Source: Vicugna vicugna (taxonomy: Eukaryota). From it: a stretch of 64,000 bases of DNA. Position 1 is the first letter of the stretch; each line of letters begins with the position of its first letter. Shown one piece after another: positions 38,276 through 51,929 of this stretch. The stretch is taken from the NCBI GenBank assembly GCA_013265495.1, contig MU058687.1, positions 558,001 through 622,000 of the forward strand, given 5' to 3'. The notes beneath the pieces were generated by a model. The model was not told the DNA's origin. It saw only the letters and a program-made list of their open reading frames with translations, and ran no database searches. A program made the translations under genes and the position numbers.

Positions 38276-40960
38276 ACTCAGGGGGTCAGGGGATGCTCAC
38301 AAGCCCAATGTCAGGCTGTTTTATAAGTAAAGCTAAGAGGGAAGTTAAATGATTGGCTCAAAGCTACAGAGCTATTAGGCAGCAGACCCAGGATATGAAT
38401 CCGGTGTGACCAAGCTAAATGCCTCTGAAAGGGTACATTTTACTCTCCACGCCTGTAGGCCAAGCTCTGGGGGCAAGTCTTTTCCCTGTAGAGCTCCCCC
38501 TAGAGTCCACAAATGTCCCAAGTCTGGGTCTAGCCTAAGTTGGACAGCTCAGAGACAGCCCTGCAGGAGTCCAGTTCTGAGGGTGGGACTGGCTGCAGGC
38601 TGATGCTGGGCCCTCCCTTTACCTTAGTTTCTGGCAAGTGTGTCTCTCAGAGGGCCTGGGGTTGTCCCTGTTCCCAACTTGCTAGGGCAGGTGGGAGACT
38701 GACTCCCTGGGAGTAGGAGCTGGCAGATTCAGATACAGGGTTTGGTCAAGAGATTTTTCATACTTATCTCCTGGCAAAGGCCAAGGTTCCATCACTCACA
38801 CACTTGTTTCCATCACTCATGTCCTTGCCCATTGGCTGGCATCCCGCTCATCATGGATGTCCCGTGATAAGTCAGGAATATGACAGCTGCCATTAGCAAA
38901 ACATCCCCATTCATCCTCCCAGGGTAGGCTGGCATGGAGTAGAGGTTGAGAGAGGGATGGAGTCAAAAGAAAACAGCTTTTGACACCAGAATCATTTGAG
39001 GTTGATTCCAGCCTCTGCTGCTTACTAGCTCAGTAGCTTGGGACAGACAAGTCAGCTAACCTAAGTTTCCATATTGATAAAATTAGAATAGAAATTCTTA
39101 TCTGGAAGGCAAAAACCACTGCTTAGCACAACTCCAGGGGGCACCATTCACATGGTTGTCTATGTGAGTGGTGCCACATGAAACCCAACTCCATAGAATA
39201 TAAGGTGAAGGGTGTCTTGAGATTGCATATCCTTTGAGTCTGCACCTTGCAAGAATAGCTAGGCCAACTTTCAGATGTGGAACCAAGGTGCTAACAGGGT
39301 TCTTGTGAGGACCTGAGACTATGCCGTGTAAAAGGGCTGGGGCAACGTCGATGCATAGTAGGCATGGTATTATTATGGGATAAGGAGGCAGCCCTTGGAG
39401 TGAACAGTACTCCTCTCCAGACACCTCCTGCTCTGAGGGATGCGCCTACCTCGTTCCAGCTCCTGTGGGACCAGGCCAGAGCAGATAAAGACCTGCCTCA
39501 CAATAACCATGACCACAGAGGGTACTAGATACCCTGGCAGTGGGCTGGGATACTTACGAGTTTCAATCTATTTGGGGGTTTGCAGTTACTGGCCCAGAAA
39601 TCCTGAATGGAATTTCTCCCCTAGCCTGGTTTTCCAGTCTCTGCCTAAAGCAACCTGTCTTTATTCCCCTCATAGGATGTCTTCAAGCCAAGAAATCCTT
39701 ATTAAAAACCCACTGTCTAGTAGGCACAGTGGAGAGGGAAGTGGCAAGGAAGATAAGATAGTCCCCAGCCCCAAGAAGGTCACAGAGGAGTTGGCTGAGG
39801 TGGCAGAGTACAGGGACTTAGGGGTCTATGGTGCACATAATTGTGCGTGTGGAGAATCATCTCCACTTGACACTTGGACCCACGGGGGTCATCCTTCCTG
39901 CAGAGCCCTTAAGCAAGAAACCAATAGCTCCCCTGCCCACCTTTGGTTTTTCTCTTTTCTCCAGGTGAGGATCCTGCCTGCCTAAAGCAGTTTCTGGCTG
40001 CCTCTTACCACTTTTCAACTGGCCCAATTGGCTACAATTCTGCAGCTTCCAACACAGGAGTTAGTCCAATGAGCTCCATCAACTGGAGACAGACGCTTAC
40101 TATTTAATTGCCTCTCATGCCCTCCCTCGTCTCTCCTCCTTCCCCTCCACATCAACAGTGCCATTCTCTTTATTTGTTTGCTTGGTGACTTTTGAGGTAT
40201 AGTAGACCACTTGACTTGTCTATCTGATTTACTTGGGAACCCCCAGCTTCTAGCTCAGAGCTGGTGAAGTCTCAATATTTACTAGCTGAGTAAATGGATA
40301 GAAGAGATGAAATCTTTCCATGGAAGTTGGGCACACTTCATGCTTATTCTAAGAAGATGTTCAGATGTCCACAGTTGCCCTCTAAAAGAAGTCACCACCA
40401 CTCTTCTTTCCCACCAGGGACTCCTACTCCTGACCCCTTATTATTCATTCATTCACTGGACAATATTTTTTGAGTTGCTCTTCTGAACTAGGCATAGTAT
40501 CCTGTGCTGGGGAAACAAGCCTTGAGCTCCCCAACCCCCCACATCTCCCTCTTCAAACCCTGGCCCCTTCTTTCTCCCCATTGCCACCACACACCCTGGC
40601 CAGTGCGCTTGCGCCCTCCCTTGTTCTGCCTCTTACACAGGGTCCCATATTGGGCTTCTTTGACCCTGCCAAACCTGTATAGGAGTTAAGGGAGGGAGGG
40701 AGCAGGATGCCCAGTTTCTAGCACCTGCCTTCAGCCAATCTTCTACCCAACCCCACCCCGGGGACAGTCCCAGCCAGCTCTGTCCTGAACCCCTGGCCAC
40801 ACAGCCTCCTGGAACAGCCTGGAACCTGGTTGTCTCATCTCAGCCTCTGGGGTCCCGGCCCAGGGGCATCCTGCAGACCCCACCCAATGCCCGGGCCCCC
40901 AGCGCCCTGGCCCCTCAGTGCTGCCTGAGGCGGGAGCTGCCAGCTTTTTGGAATTCCTAA

Positions 40961-41539
<579 letters not shown>

Positions 41540-42653
41540 TGAGGGCGAGGCTGCGTGGCTGCCTGACAGGGGTAACAGCCTGGAACCCAATGTCGTCGGC
41601 TCTCGCTTGCACCGCAAGGCCTCCTCTGGGTGCAAAAGTTCGTGTCAGGCCGAGGGGTCACAGCCCGGGCCTGGGGCCGGCGTGCCCGGGGTGGGGGCCT
41701 GGAGGATGCTCCAGGCGCCGGCCGGGTTTTAATGCCCGTGTTTGTGGTAGCCGAGCTGTTCTCCCGTTCCCGAGTCGGGCCCGGCTCTGCCGCGGCACGG
41801 GGTTGGGGCCCCACTGGGAACTGGGCTTAGGATGTCGGAGCCCGGGGTCAGGGGTTCCCCCTACGCTTTTCCACTGCGGCCCCGGCCTCTCGGAGGACCC
41901 GCGCTCCTGGAACTCGATTCTGTTCCGGGCATTGGCGCCCCAGGAAGAGAGTGCCAGCTTCGGGCCCCAGCCCGGGTGTCCAAAGTTGGCTTTTCCTTCC
42001 TCCTTTTCTCCCTTCCGAATCCCCCGTATTGGTCGGCTGGGTTTTATTTTTACCCCACGAATTTAGACAACCCAGCCACCGCCGCGGCCCAAGCGGTCGG
42101 AATCCGAGATCCCACCTAAGCACCACATCTCGGATACCCGCTCATCGCGGGCTCGGGACCCCGGGATGACCCAGCCGCGCCCTCCCCGGGCGCTTTTCCG
42201 GCGGTGTGTCTCCGCCCGCTCGGCCTTCTAGCACTGGTTCGCTCTCGGCGATTCCTCCGATTTTTCGTTATCGTTTTATTTGTTTATTTTTATTTGGAGG
42301 GACAACGAAAGTCGCGCTTCGCAGTCTCTCCAGACCCGAGCGGGGGCGCATGGTGCGGGCACTGAAAAGGGGGCTGTGCGCGGGAGCCCCCGGCCCTAAT
42401 CGGAGTCCAGCTCCCCTGGCCCCGGCTCCGCTCCTGGGGGCCACCTTCTGGGCCCTCGGCGCCGGAGCTGCAAGCGCAGGGCAGGGCGCCGAGTCCAGAG
42501 CACCGCCGGGGGCCCCTGCGACCGGCGGAGGCTGTCTCGCTCCCCTGCAGTCCCTGCCCCAGGGATGTCGGGGCCTTTGCATCTCCTACAACGAAATCTG
42601 TTCACAATCCCCAGATTCCGGCGCCGGCGTGGGTAGAAATAGCCGGGGCTTAG

Positions 42654-42905
<252 letters not shown>

Positions 42906-45900
42906 TAAGGCCCCTGCAGTGCTTTCCGTCTCCTTCCTGTTCACCCATCCCTTGCCGTCCTCTGTTCGGGGGTCGGGCCACTTGGACCTAATTTCACCGA
43001 CTCCAGATCTGATATCCGCGGCTATGTCAGGACAGGGAGACCAAGCGTTGTCTGGGGACACCCGCCTGGGCCCTGGCGTCTGGCGGGGCCGGGTGAGGAT
43101 CATGAGCGGCGGCCGGGGAAGCGGCACCATTTGAGGCTTTTTCCTGCTTCTTCGGGAAAAAGGAAAAGGCCCCAACTAGGGCTAAACCCGAGACATAGAG
43201 GGGCTGGCGGCCTCCAGATGCGATCTGCACCTGCATCTCCCTGCATCTGCACCGAGAGCCATGCACACCCTGCGGCGGTCAGGTCGGCTCTCTCCAGCCC
43301 GAGCCTGTTCCTCCGCCCTCTGCCCCCGGCCCATTCCTCTGCCGCGGTTCCTGGCAGCGTCGCCGACCCTCTATATCTTTTTGCTCCCACCGTTAGCAAA
43401 ATTTCGAGAATAATATCTGCATTAATGGAAATTATTCTTTTGGCTTCTGCTCTTTTGTGATCTGTAAGCCTCAGTTTCCTGGTCTGTAAAATGGGAAAGG
43501 AGGAGTGTGTGGACTGGATGACCCCACCAGCCCTAGCTGTGGGATGCATTGCGATATAGACTGAAGACACGTCTTTTTGTTTTTTGTTTGTGGGATCTTT
43601 TCGTTTGTTTGTTTTTTTTCCCTTTAAGTGTCTTTAAGTAGACATTACTTGCACAAAGTTAAAAATTCAATAGGTGCCAAGAGGTATATCCTGAAAAGTA
43701 ATTCCCCTCCTCCAAACTTGCATTCTCCTCCGAAGCCGCATCACTGTTACCAATTCCTTGAGTAAATTTATGAGGAGGTTTTCAGGAAATAAAGGAGTGA
43801 GAACCAAAAATCAACCCGACTTTCTACCAGTGCTGCTTGTAGGCACTCTCCCTGCGCTCACCCTCGGTCTGTTTCCCCAAATCTCTCTCTCTGCCCGAGT
43901 ATAGGTGGGGCGCCCAAAGCGCCCGGCTGGCTCTCTGGACATTTCTCCCTGGGGTGCTCTCCGGCCCCCCTGCCCCACTTCATCCGCTTCTCAATTTGTT
44001 CTCAGCCTCTTCGCACCCTTGTCTCTGGGTTGCTTTGCTGTGTATCTCTCATCCCCAACCCCCGAAAACTACACTAGTGACCCCCACGTTTTAAAACCAC
44101 CCTTCCTGACCTCTCAGTCCCCATCAGGTTCGAGCTTGAGTGAGGGTGAACTTTGATTTGGTTTCTCGGTGACCTTCGTTTGTTTCCTAAAGGCAACTGT
44201 TTGTTTTGTTTTATTTTAAATGGAAATGTTGTTTTTAGTCCTGATCCTGGGTCGTTTTTTACATTCATCCCTCCAACAAACATTCATTAAAACACCTTTT
44301 GCTGGTCCCAGAGAGGGGGTAATCCTGTCAGCCTCTGGGGCAGGGACAGGGACTGGGAGGGCAGATCAGAGTCCCACTGACCGGCTTCTGTGCTTCTGCC
44401 TGAATTAGGGTAGGGGAGGGATTCCCATATCAAGGAGAGCCCTGGACAAAGCACCCCCAGGAACACTGTGTTTCTGCATCGGGGCATCTCCTTGTGCGGC
44501 ACTGGGAGCTGGCTGACCCACAGCCCAAAGGCCATGCTTAAGATCCCTGATCCTCTATCCTCACCCAATGCCTTCTCCACCAGGGGCAACTGTGCTTTTG
44601 AGGGTTCCCCGGGAGACAGAACGACAACTAGCCACCTACCCTCAGTTCCTGGTTATTTCTGGTGCATGAAGGGAACAGATAATTGGAGAGAGGAGAATGG
44701 CTGATGCAGTTTTTAGTTAGTTAAAACAACAACAACAACAACAAAAAGTGGTTTTCTGAGCTTCTCTCATTTGAGGATTTCAGGTAAAAGACCCTGGAAT
44801 CTGGTGATGCGAGATGAGCATCTCTTTATCTCCCAGAAAGCTACCAGGTACTTAGCCTTAGCTGGGGTTGGAGAGGAGAGTGGGGATGGAGCTGCAGCCT
44901 TTGGAGTCCCTTGGGTTTTGCTCTTCTCTACCTGGAAAGCTCAGCTTCGGTAGGCAAGATACGATGGGACTATGAAGGGCTGGGGTTCTGTGTAGAGCCC
45001 GGAGCCAGAGCTGGGTTTGGGTCACATTTTGGAGACGCAGTGTGGCTCCCTGGAGAGCACGTCAGCAGAAACACTTGCATTAGCTCTGAGGTGGGAATGA
45101 GGGGAAATCTGGGGGATTTGAAGTACTGTTCCATTTCTTTCTTTCTTTCTTTTTTGTCTTGTTTTGTTTTTCAAATGAGAGCTCTCCCAAGCAGAGGCTG
45201 GCACTTGAAATGTCCTGAGTGACCTGCCATCATCTCTCCTCTTTGCCTCTGGACACACCACAATAGCCGTGTGCCTCAGTTTTCCTAGTTTCGAAAAAGA
45301 CTTGCATGTTTTGATTGTTTATATTGACTGTCTGTTCAGGGGCCCTTCAGTAAGTGGCAGGAAAGAAATAGAAAGCAGCAGATCTTCAAAATTTGAGAGA
45401 ATTAACTCTGTATTTGTAAGCATTCCGTTGGGGGAGAACAGGAGAAACGATCTAGAATTAAACCAGTCATTTTCGATAAAAAGCAGATTCTTTCCTCCCC
45501 ACACACCCCCTACATCATCCTCCAAGATGTTAAAGCCGATGCCGGCACAGAGAGGGTATGGTTCTTACACCTGTACTTTTCCCTTGTGTGGGGTGAGGAC
45601 GGGGCCGGAGAGTAGTGAGGGATCCCAACCCCAGGCTGGTCCCAGGGTTCAAATCCCAGCAGCTCAAGCAAGGAATGTACCATTTTACAAGTTGAGTTTG
45701 TGAGGTCTGGACTCTATTGTTCCCCAGTTTGTTGATAAGGGTGCAGGACCACAGTCACCTAGAACTTAGTGAAATTCAGGTCTGAAAAGAGAATTTATAT
45801 CTGTAAGTGGGAATGTAGTGTGTTTATTCAAGAAAAGGGGACTATGAACCTCCTAATATTGGAGGCAAAAAATGTCACGTATTGGACCAGCATATCCATT

Positions 45901-46590
45901 TGCTAGGGTGAGAGGATGTAGCCTTTCCTGGATCCTTAAAGCAGTTTATGACTCAAAATAGGTCAATGTGAACTGCTCTGTGGAGGGTGGGGAGCTGTGT
46001 AGGGAGGCTCTCTCAGGGTGACCTGAATGGCGCTCCCCTGAATGGGGCTCCTGCTGGGTGAGTAGCTGAGCCTGGGTGTGGGATGCTGAGGAGATAGCCC
46101 TTGCCTTCTGAGTGCAGGAAGGGACAGAGCACCCCTTCCCCCTCTCCCCGCCCCCAAGAATCTGAGGGCAGCTCTAAGGAGCCAGTAGGTCTGGGCAGGT
46201 GAGGGCGGGGCACTGGGGTGGGTTGAGGGGGTGGGAGAGTCTATCCATTCCATCCACAGTAGGAACCGTGGGGTTGCTGCTGCATTGACCTTCTGGTGAA
46301 TCTTTGAACTTTGAGTACAATTTTAAAGATCAGCTCTACTGTCTGCGAGAGGAGCCGGGGATGCCAGTCCCAGTGGGGCTGAGTGGTGAACCCTTCACTC
46401 TGTGACTGGGAGGAGAAAGACAGGCTTTCTGCAGTTTCCTAAAGTTTCTGTCTTAACACCCTTTCCCCCAGAGAAGCACTTCCAGGAAGATTCCCAGTAT
46501 GAAGTGTCACCGAGGGCTGAAATAAGACCCTCAGCCACCAGGAGGGTAGTGTGGGTCCTCAGACTTCAATGAAGAAGAGTCCAGAGGGTT

Positions 46591-46594
<4 letters not shown>

Positions 46595-46638
<44 letters not shown>

Positions 46639-46672
46639 TGTGTATGTGTATGTGTATGTGTTATGTGTGTGT
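46595..46672. repeat. (TG)n microsatellite with an imperfect tail, about 150 bp upstream of exon 3
   Basis: About 20 perfect TG units followed by TGTATG variants. Confidence 0.9.
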
Positions 46673-46800
46673 ACGAGAGATAGAGAGAGAGGTTGCCTCA
46701 GTTTGTGCTGGCCCAGCCTGGGTTTGGGGTCTGTCCAGCAGCTGTAGTGGGGGCTGTCCTACCCTCTGGGACAGGCTTCTTTCCGTTTTCAGGCTCTTGA

Positions 46801-46998
<198 letters not shown>

Positions 46999-48273
46999 TG
47001 ACTACCCCAGGCTCCCCAATGCCCGTCTCCCACCCCGCTGCTATGCCCGTGCACTAGCCTGTGGTCACGTCCTCATGAAGAACAGCTCATTGATGCACAC
47101 AGGTATTTGCTGAATACCTACATGTGAGGTGGGCACTGCTGGGGGACAGGAGATTTAGTAGATGTGGCCTGGCCTGCTGCTGTAGACTGTAGGCTTCCTG
47201 ACAAGTGTATTAGACAGATCATGAGGGCGCCTGTGGTGGGAGAAGGAGTTCTGAGCAGGGTCTCTGTTGCGGCAGGTGTCTCCCAGGTAGTAAATGTCTG
47301 CTTGAAAGCCTGAGGTGGCCCCAGGCATCGCTGAGTTCCTGGGGATGGGGGAAAGTGGCTTCCAGCCCTGACCCCGGACTGTTTCCCTTCCCTCCACTCC
47401 CCACCCCAGGAGGAAGAGGGTGCCCCTCCCTTCCTACCTACTCTCCACCGCTTTCATTCAGCTGAGGCTCCTTCCTTCTCACAGCCAAATAGCAGGCGCT
47501 GCCCAGAGCTTCTGCTCCTTGATGTCTCCCAAGTCTGGCCCAGGAGGTGCTCATGAGCTCCTCTCCCTCACTGGGGAGTTCCGTGGTATAACCAGTCCTA
47601 CCCTGGACTGGGCTGTCCTCCCTCAGCTAGGCGAGGCACAGGGTCTCCTTTTGGCAGTGGCAGGATCCTTCCAAGTCCAGGGCACCCCTAGCTGGGCAGG
47701 AGTGGGCTGCTGAATCATTTCTCCGGGAAAAGATGAAGTCTGATGATTTTCCAAATAAAGCCTCCATGAGAAGGATGCAGTGATGGTGTGCAGGAAAGTT
47801 TCCAGAAGATTTGGGGTTGCCTTAGCGGGATCAAGATCTTGAATCAAAGCTGCTCCTATCTGGACACCTGAGGGATCCAGGGCAGTTGACTACTCACGCT
47901 GGGAAAGGGCAGGGAAGGTCCCATCTTCCCAAAACCCCTTCTGCTCCGAATCTCCTCCTCCTCTGTGTTGCCAGGTGTGATGTGTGTTGAGGGGTAGGGG
48001 GCAGGCCCAGAGAAGGAACCAAATAAGGTGTGTGGGTTCTTTGTGCTCTCTCACTGGAGAACCAGAGAATGGAAAATGAGGCATGAGCTGCTCTTCCTGA
48101 AGAGCCTTCCTCGCCCCTGGAAGTCTATTGGGAATTTCAGCCAATGGCTTTAGACAGTGACACTAACAATAAGCTCAATTATTCATAAGCAGATTATCTG
48201 TTTGGTGCATTATCCATGGTGGCCTGGATCCATCACCCCCACCCAACTGGGTTCCAGTGGGGAAAGGCTGGGT

Positions 48274-48284
48274 GTTTCTCAGTC

Positions 48285-48332
<48 letters not shown>

Positions 48333-48838
48333 ACGCCAAGGCCCAATCCAGTTGCTGCGTGGTGGTAACCCCTGCCTGGCCTTCATCAGCACAGAGTTGG
48401 CCATTACAAACAGCTGGGGCGGGGGAGGCTGAAAGATTTCCCCTCTTGGTTGGCCCTACATTTACACTATTGACCAGTAGGAGGAAACAGCTTGTCTCTT
48501 GCAATGAGTTGTCCTAAAATCTGTTTGGCTGTTGTGGTGGCGGCAGTGGTGGTGGACGAGAGTGTCAGTTTCTCAGTCGTGTGTGTGTGTGTGTGTGTGT
48601 GTTTACGCCAAGGCCCAATCCAGTTGCTGCGTGGTGGTAACCCCTGCCTGGCCTTCATCAGCACAGAGTTGGCCATTACAAACAGCTGGGGCGGGGGAGG
48701 CTGAAAGATTTCCCCTCTTGGTTGGCCCTACATTTACACTATTGACCAGTAGGAGGAAACAGCTTGTCTCTTGCAATGAGTTGTCCTAAAATCTGTTTGG
48801 CTGTTGTGGTGGCGGCAGTGGTGGTGGACGAGAGTGTC
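48274..48838. repeat. Tandem duplication (293 bp and 271 bp) whose copies differ only in a GT microsatellite
   Basis: 48274-48566 and 48568-48838 read identically except GC(GT)22 versus (GT)12. Confidence 0.95.
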
Positions 48839-51800
48839 TGAAGGATTTGGGGAAGGCCCGACCTCGGCTGTAACTGCATTGCTACAGATGTCTGGCTGGC
48901 AGACTCTAGGCTTTTAAAAATCATCTGCAGAATGTCTCCAGGGTGGTGTCTGAAGCCAGCAGAACCAGCACGGAGGAGCCAAGTGTATGGAATAGTTGAT
49001 TGTCCTGGGACTGGGAAGACTGGCTGTGGAAATTGTGGCTATGGGAGAACCAGGGCAAGAATCTCTCCACTCTTAGAGCAACACATACTTCTTTGACTAA
49101 ATGTTGCCCCCAAAAGGTGTTTGTGAGTTGTCAGAAAGCCCTGCACCCAAATGTTTTACTGAGTGGCCTGGGAAAGGTTTTAACATTTTATAACGACAGT
49201 CACAGCCATAACCCATAGAGCAGTTCCCACGTGCCAGGTGTTCGAAATACAGAATGTGCCCGGGAGAGGCAGGGATGCGCAGTGGTTAGGGACACCGCCT
49301 CCAGAGCCAGACTCATCCTGGCTTCACCAGTTACCAGCTTAGTGGCAGTGGACAAGTTATGGCCCCAGCCCGAGCCTCCGATTGCTTGTCTGTGAAACGG
49401 GGATGAACGTGGCAGCTGCAGATGCGATGAGCTGTATGTATAGAGTGTTCCAAGCAAGGTCTGCCCTGCTCAGGGCTCACTCACTCGGTTTCAGCTCTGA
49501 TCTCATTAAATCCTGGTGATGACCAGTGGGGTAGAGACCACTAACCTCCTTTTATAACTGAGGAAACAGAGGCACAGCAACTTGCCTGAGGCCACGCAGC
49601 TAGTACATGGAGGACACAGGGACCCACCTAAGGTCTCTTTAGGCTGCACTAAAGCCCACATGTTTACCACCTGCCTCTTGGGTTTGAAGCCTTTGCTTTG
49701 ACTCAAAGCTAGGGGAACAGAGATGATTTGAGGTTGAATGGGAGGACTGTATCAAATCATCTTTATAAAAATACCAATATTTTGAGTACCAGGTACTGTC
49801 CTAAAAAAACCCAAACCTCACTCATAAAACACTTATTTTTTGAGTGGGCAAATCATGTGCAGGAATTCAAAAGAGTGAAACACAAGTCTCCCTCCCCACT
49901 ACCCATCAGCAGCCCCTCCAGGGGTAACCAGTTTCCTTTGGTTCTTCCTGGAGATAGTTTATGTATATCCTATTCCCAGAGACTCCGCAGAGCACTCAGT
50001 GAGCTAGGTACTATTACTATGCCCATTTCACAGAAGGGAAACCTAAGGCCCAGAGACCAGCATTCGGACCTGAGTCCCTTTAGACCCCAGAGCACTTGCT
50101 TCACGACACTGCCACCCTTCTTCCTCCTTTCTTCTCAGCATGTCGATTTAGGCGGGACCAGTCATCTAAGATGGAAAACTACTGCTCCAGAGCTGGCCCT
50201 CCCCCCTCCCCCAGCTTTCAGGGAGAGACCTCTGCGTGTGTGTTGGGGGTGAGGGTGGGGGGAAGGGGGTAGTTACTGAAGGCTCCAGATCTGGAGTTAG
50301 ACATTCTCAAGTGGAAAGGAAAGGTTACTGGACTGGACATCAGGAACCTGGACCTTAGTTCTGGTTCTGACACCCACCAGGCACAGCAGAGGCCAAGTCA
50401 CTTCCCATCTCAGCTTCCTCATCTGCAAAAGGAAGACTTAGGGATCCCTCCCAGAGAGCGGCCTCTCCAGGACCACCTCTCACGAGACCCCTGGGCTGCC
50501 ACTGGTGAAATGAAGGAGCAGGACAGCCCCAGGTGACACCTGGGACACACACTTTTACTGGGCCAACCCGAGTAAGGCCCTGGATGTGTCTGAGACCTAC
50601 TGTCTAATGTCTAGTGAGAACCTGGTGTGGATGTGAAAAATCAGACACACCTATTCTCATCTTTGATTCACTGCCAGTGAGCCAAGATTACTCATTTGTG
50701 AATAATCATAAAAATTCTCCAAAATAATTTAATTAAAGTATTGTTATTATTGGCATTATTACTACATAGCTTTGTCCCAGATGTTAGGGGCTTTCCACGC
50801 CTTTTTCATTACACCCTCACAATAACGAGATAAATTGGATAATATTCTTATCCCCCTTTTCTGGATGACGAGACTGAGGGGCTGAGAGGTGAAGTAAGTG
50901 GTGAACTAGGATTCAAACCCAGTACTCAACTACTGCCTCAGGAGAGCAGCTGAGGGAAACAGGGGCACCCACCTAGGGAAGGTGGAATAATGCAAAAGGC
51001 GGTGATGAGGGGTCAGCTTCCTCAGCAGTGACTGGTTTCCTCTGCCTTTGTGCTCTAAGGGCAAGCACTTCCTCACTCTGCATCTCTCTGGGTTGGGGTG
51101 AAGGGATATGGGACAAGAAGAGATTTCCAGTCTCCATATCAGACTCAGACACGAAGTCCTTTTTGTGTCTCCAAGAAATGCTGGGATATGGCATTCTGGA
51201 AGCCCCCACCAGATGTCAGCCCTGGGGAAGAGGAAATGGCGTTCCAGACGGACTATTTCCTCTGTGGGGTCATTCATTCCCAGAGATGTAAGATAAGGGT
51301 ATATATATGTATTCACTTATGTGTTTACTATATTTTTTTTGACAAAAGTTGTACTTATAATGTAGGCATTTGCCTATGTTAGAGAGATGGAAATGCCAAG
51401 TGAGCAGAACATTCTCACCTCTACTCTTGGCAGCTTGGTGTGTTTGGAAGGATGAGGCTTGGATTCTCTGACTAGCGCTGTTAGTCTGCCTCTTTTAAAG
51501 TGGTCCCCGCCCAAGGGTAGGGAACGAAGTTTCGGGGATTATATTCCAGAATTTAGGAGATAGCTGCCTAGATGGGAAAGAGTTGCAGTGTGTCTCAGCC
51601 CTGGACGTTTATTAGAATCACAGAGCAGCTGTTTAAAATACCCATGCCAGCCTCCCACACCCACAGTGCTGGTTTCATTGGTTTGATGTGGAGTCTTGAC
51701 ACCTGTATGTTTTTAAATCTTTCCAGGTGACTGTGTGCAGCCAATGTAAAAATGCTGGGTTGGAGGCTCAGGAAAGGAGTTTCTGTTTTTTAAGAGGGTC

Positions 51801-51914
51801 AATATGAGTAGAAGAAAGTGGAGTATTAGGTGGCAGGGTGGGATAAGAAACGAGATGGCCTGTTGGGATTGCAGGGAAGGATGCTGCCTGGTGCCACCAG
51901 GAAACGTGGGCAGA

Positions 51915-51929
51915 GCTGCCCCCTAGTGA
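51915..51929 (-). promoter_or_regulatory. CTCF-like motif
   Basis: Reverse complement TCACTAGGGGGCAGC. Confidence 0.5.

Noticed and set aside
39440..39985. 181-aa ORF upstream of VSX2
   Set aside because: No recognisable family or coding-like composition; probably a chance ORF.
44577..44590. CTCF-like CCACCAGGGGCAAC in intron 2
   Set aside because: It is one G short of the core spacing, so it is a poor match.
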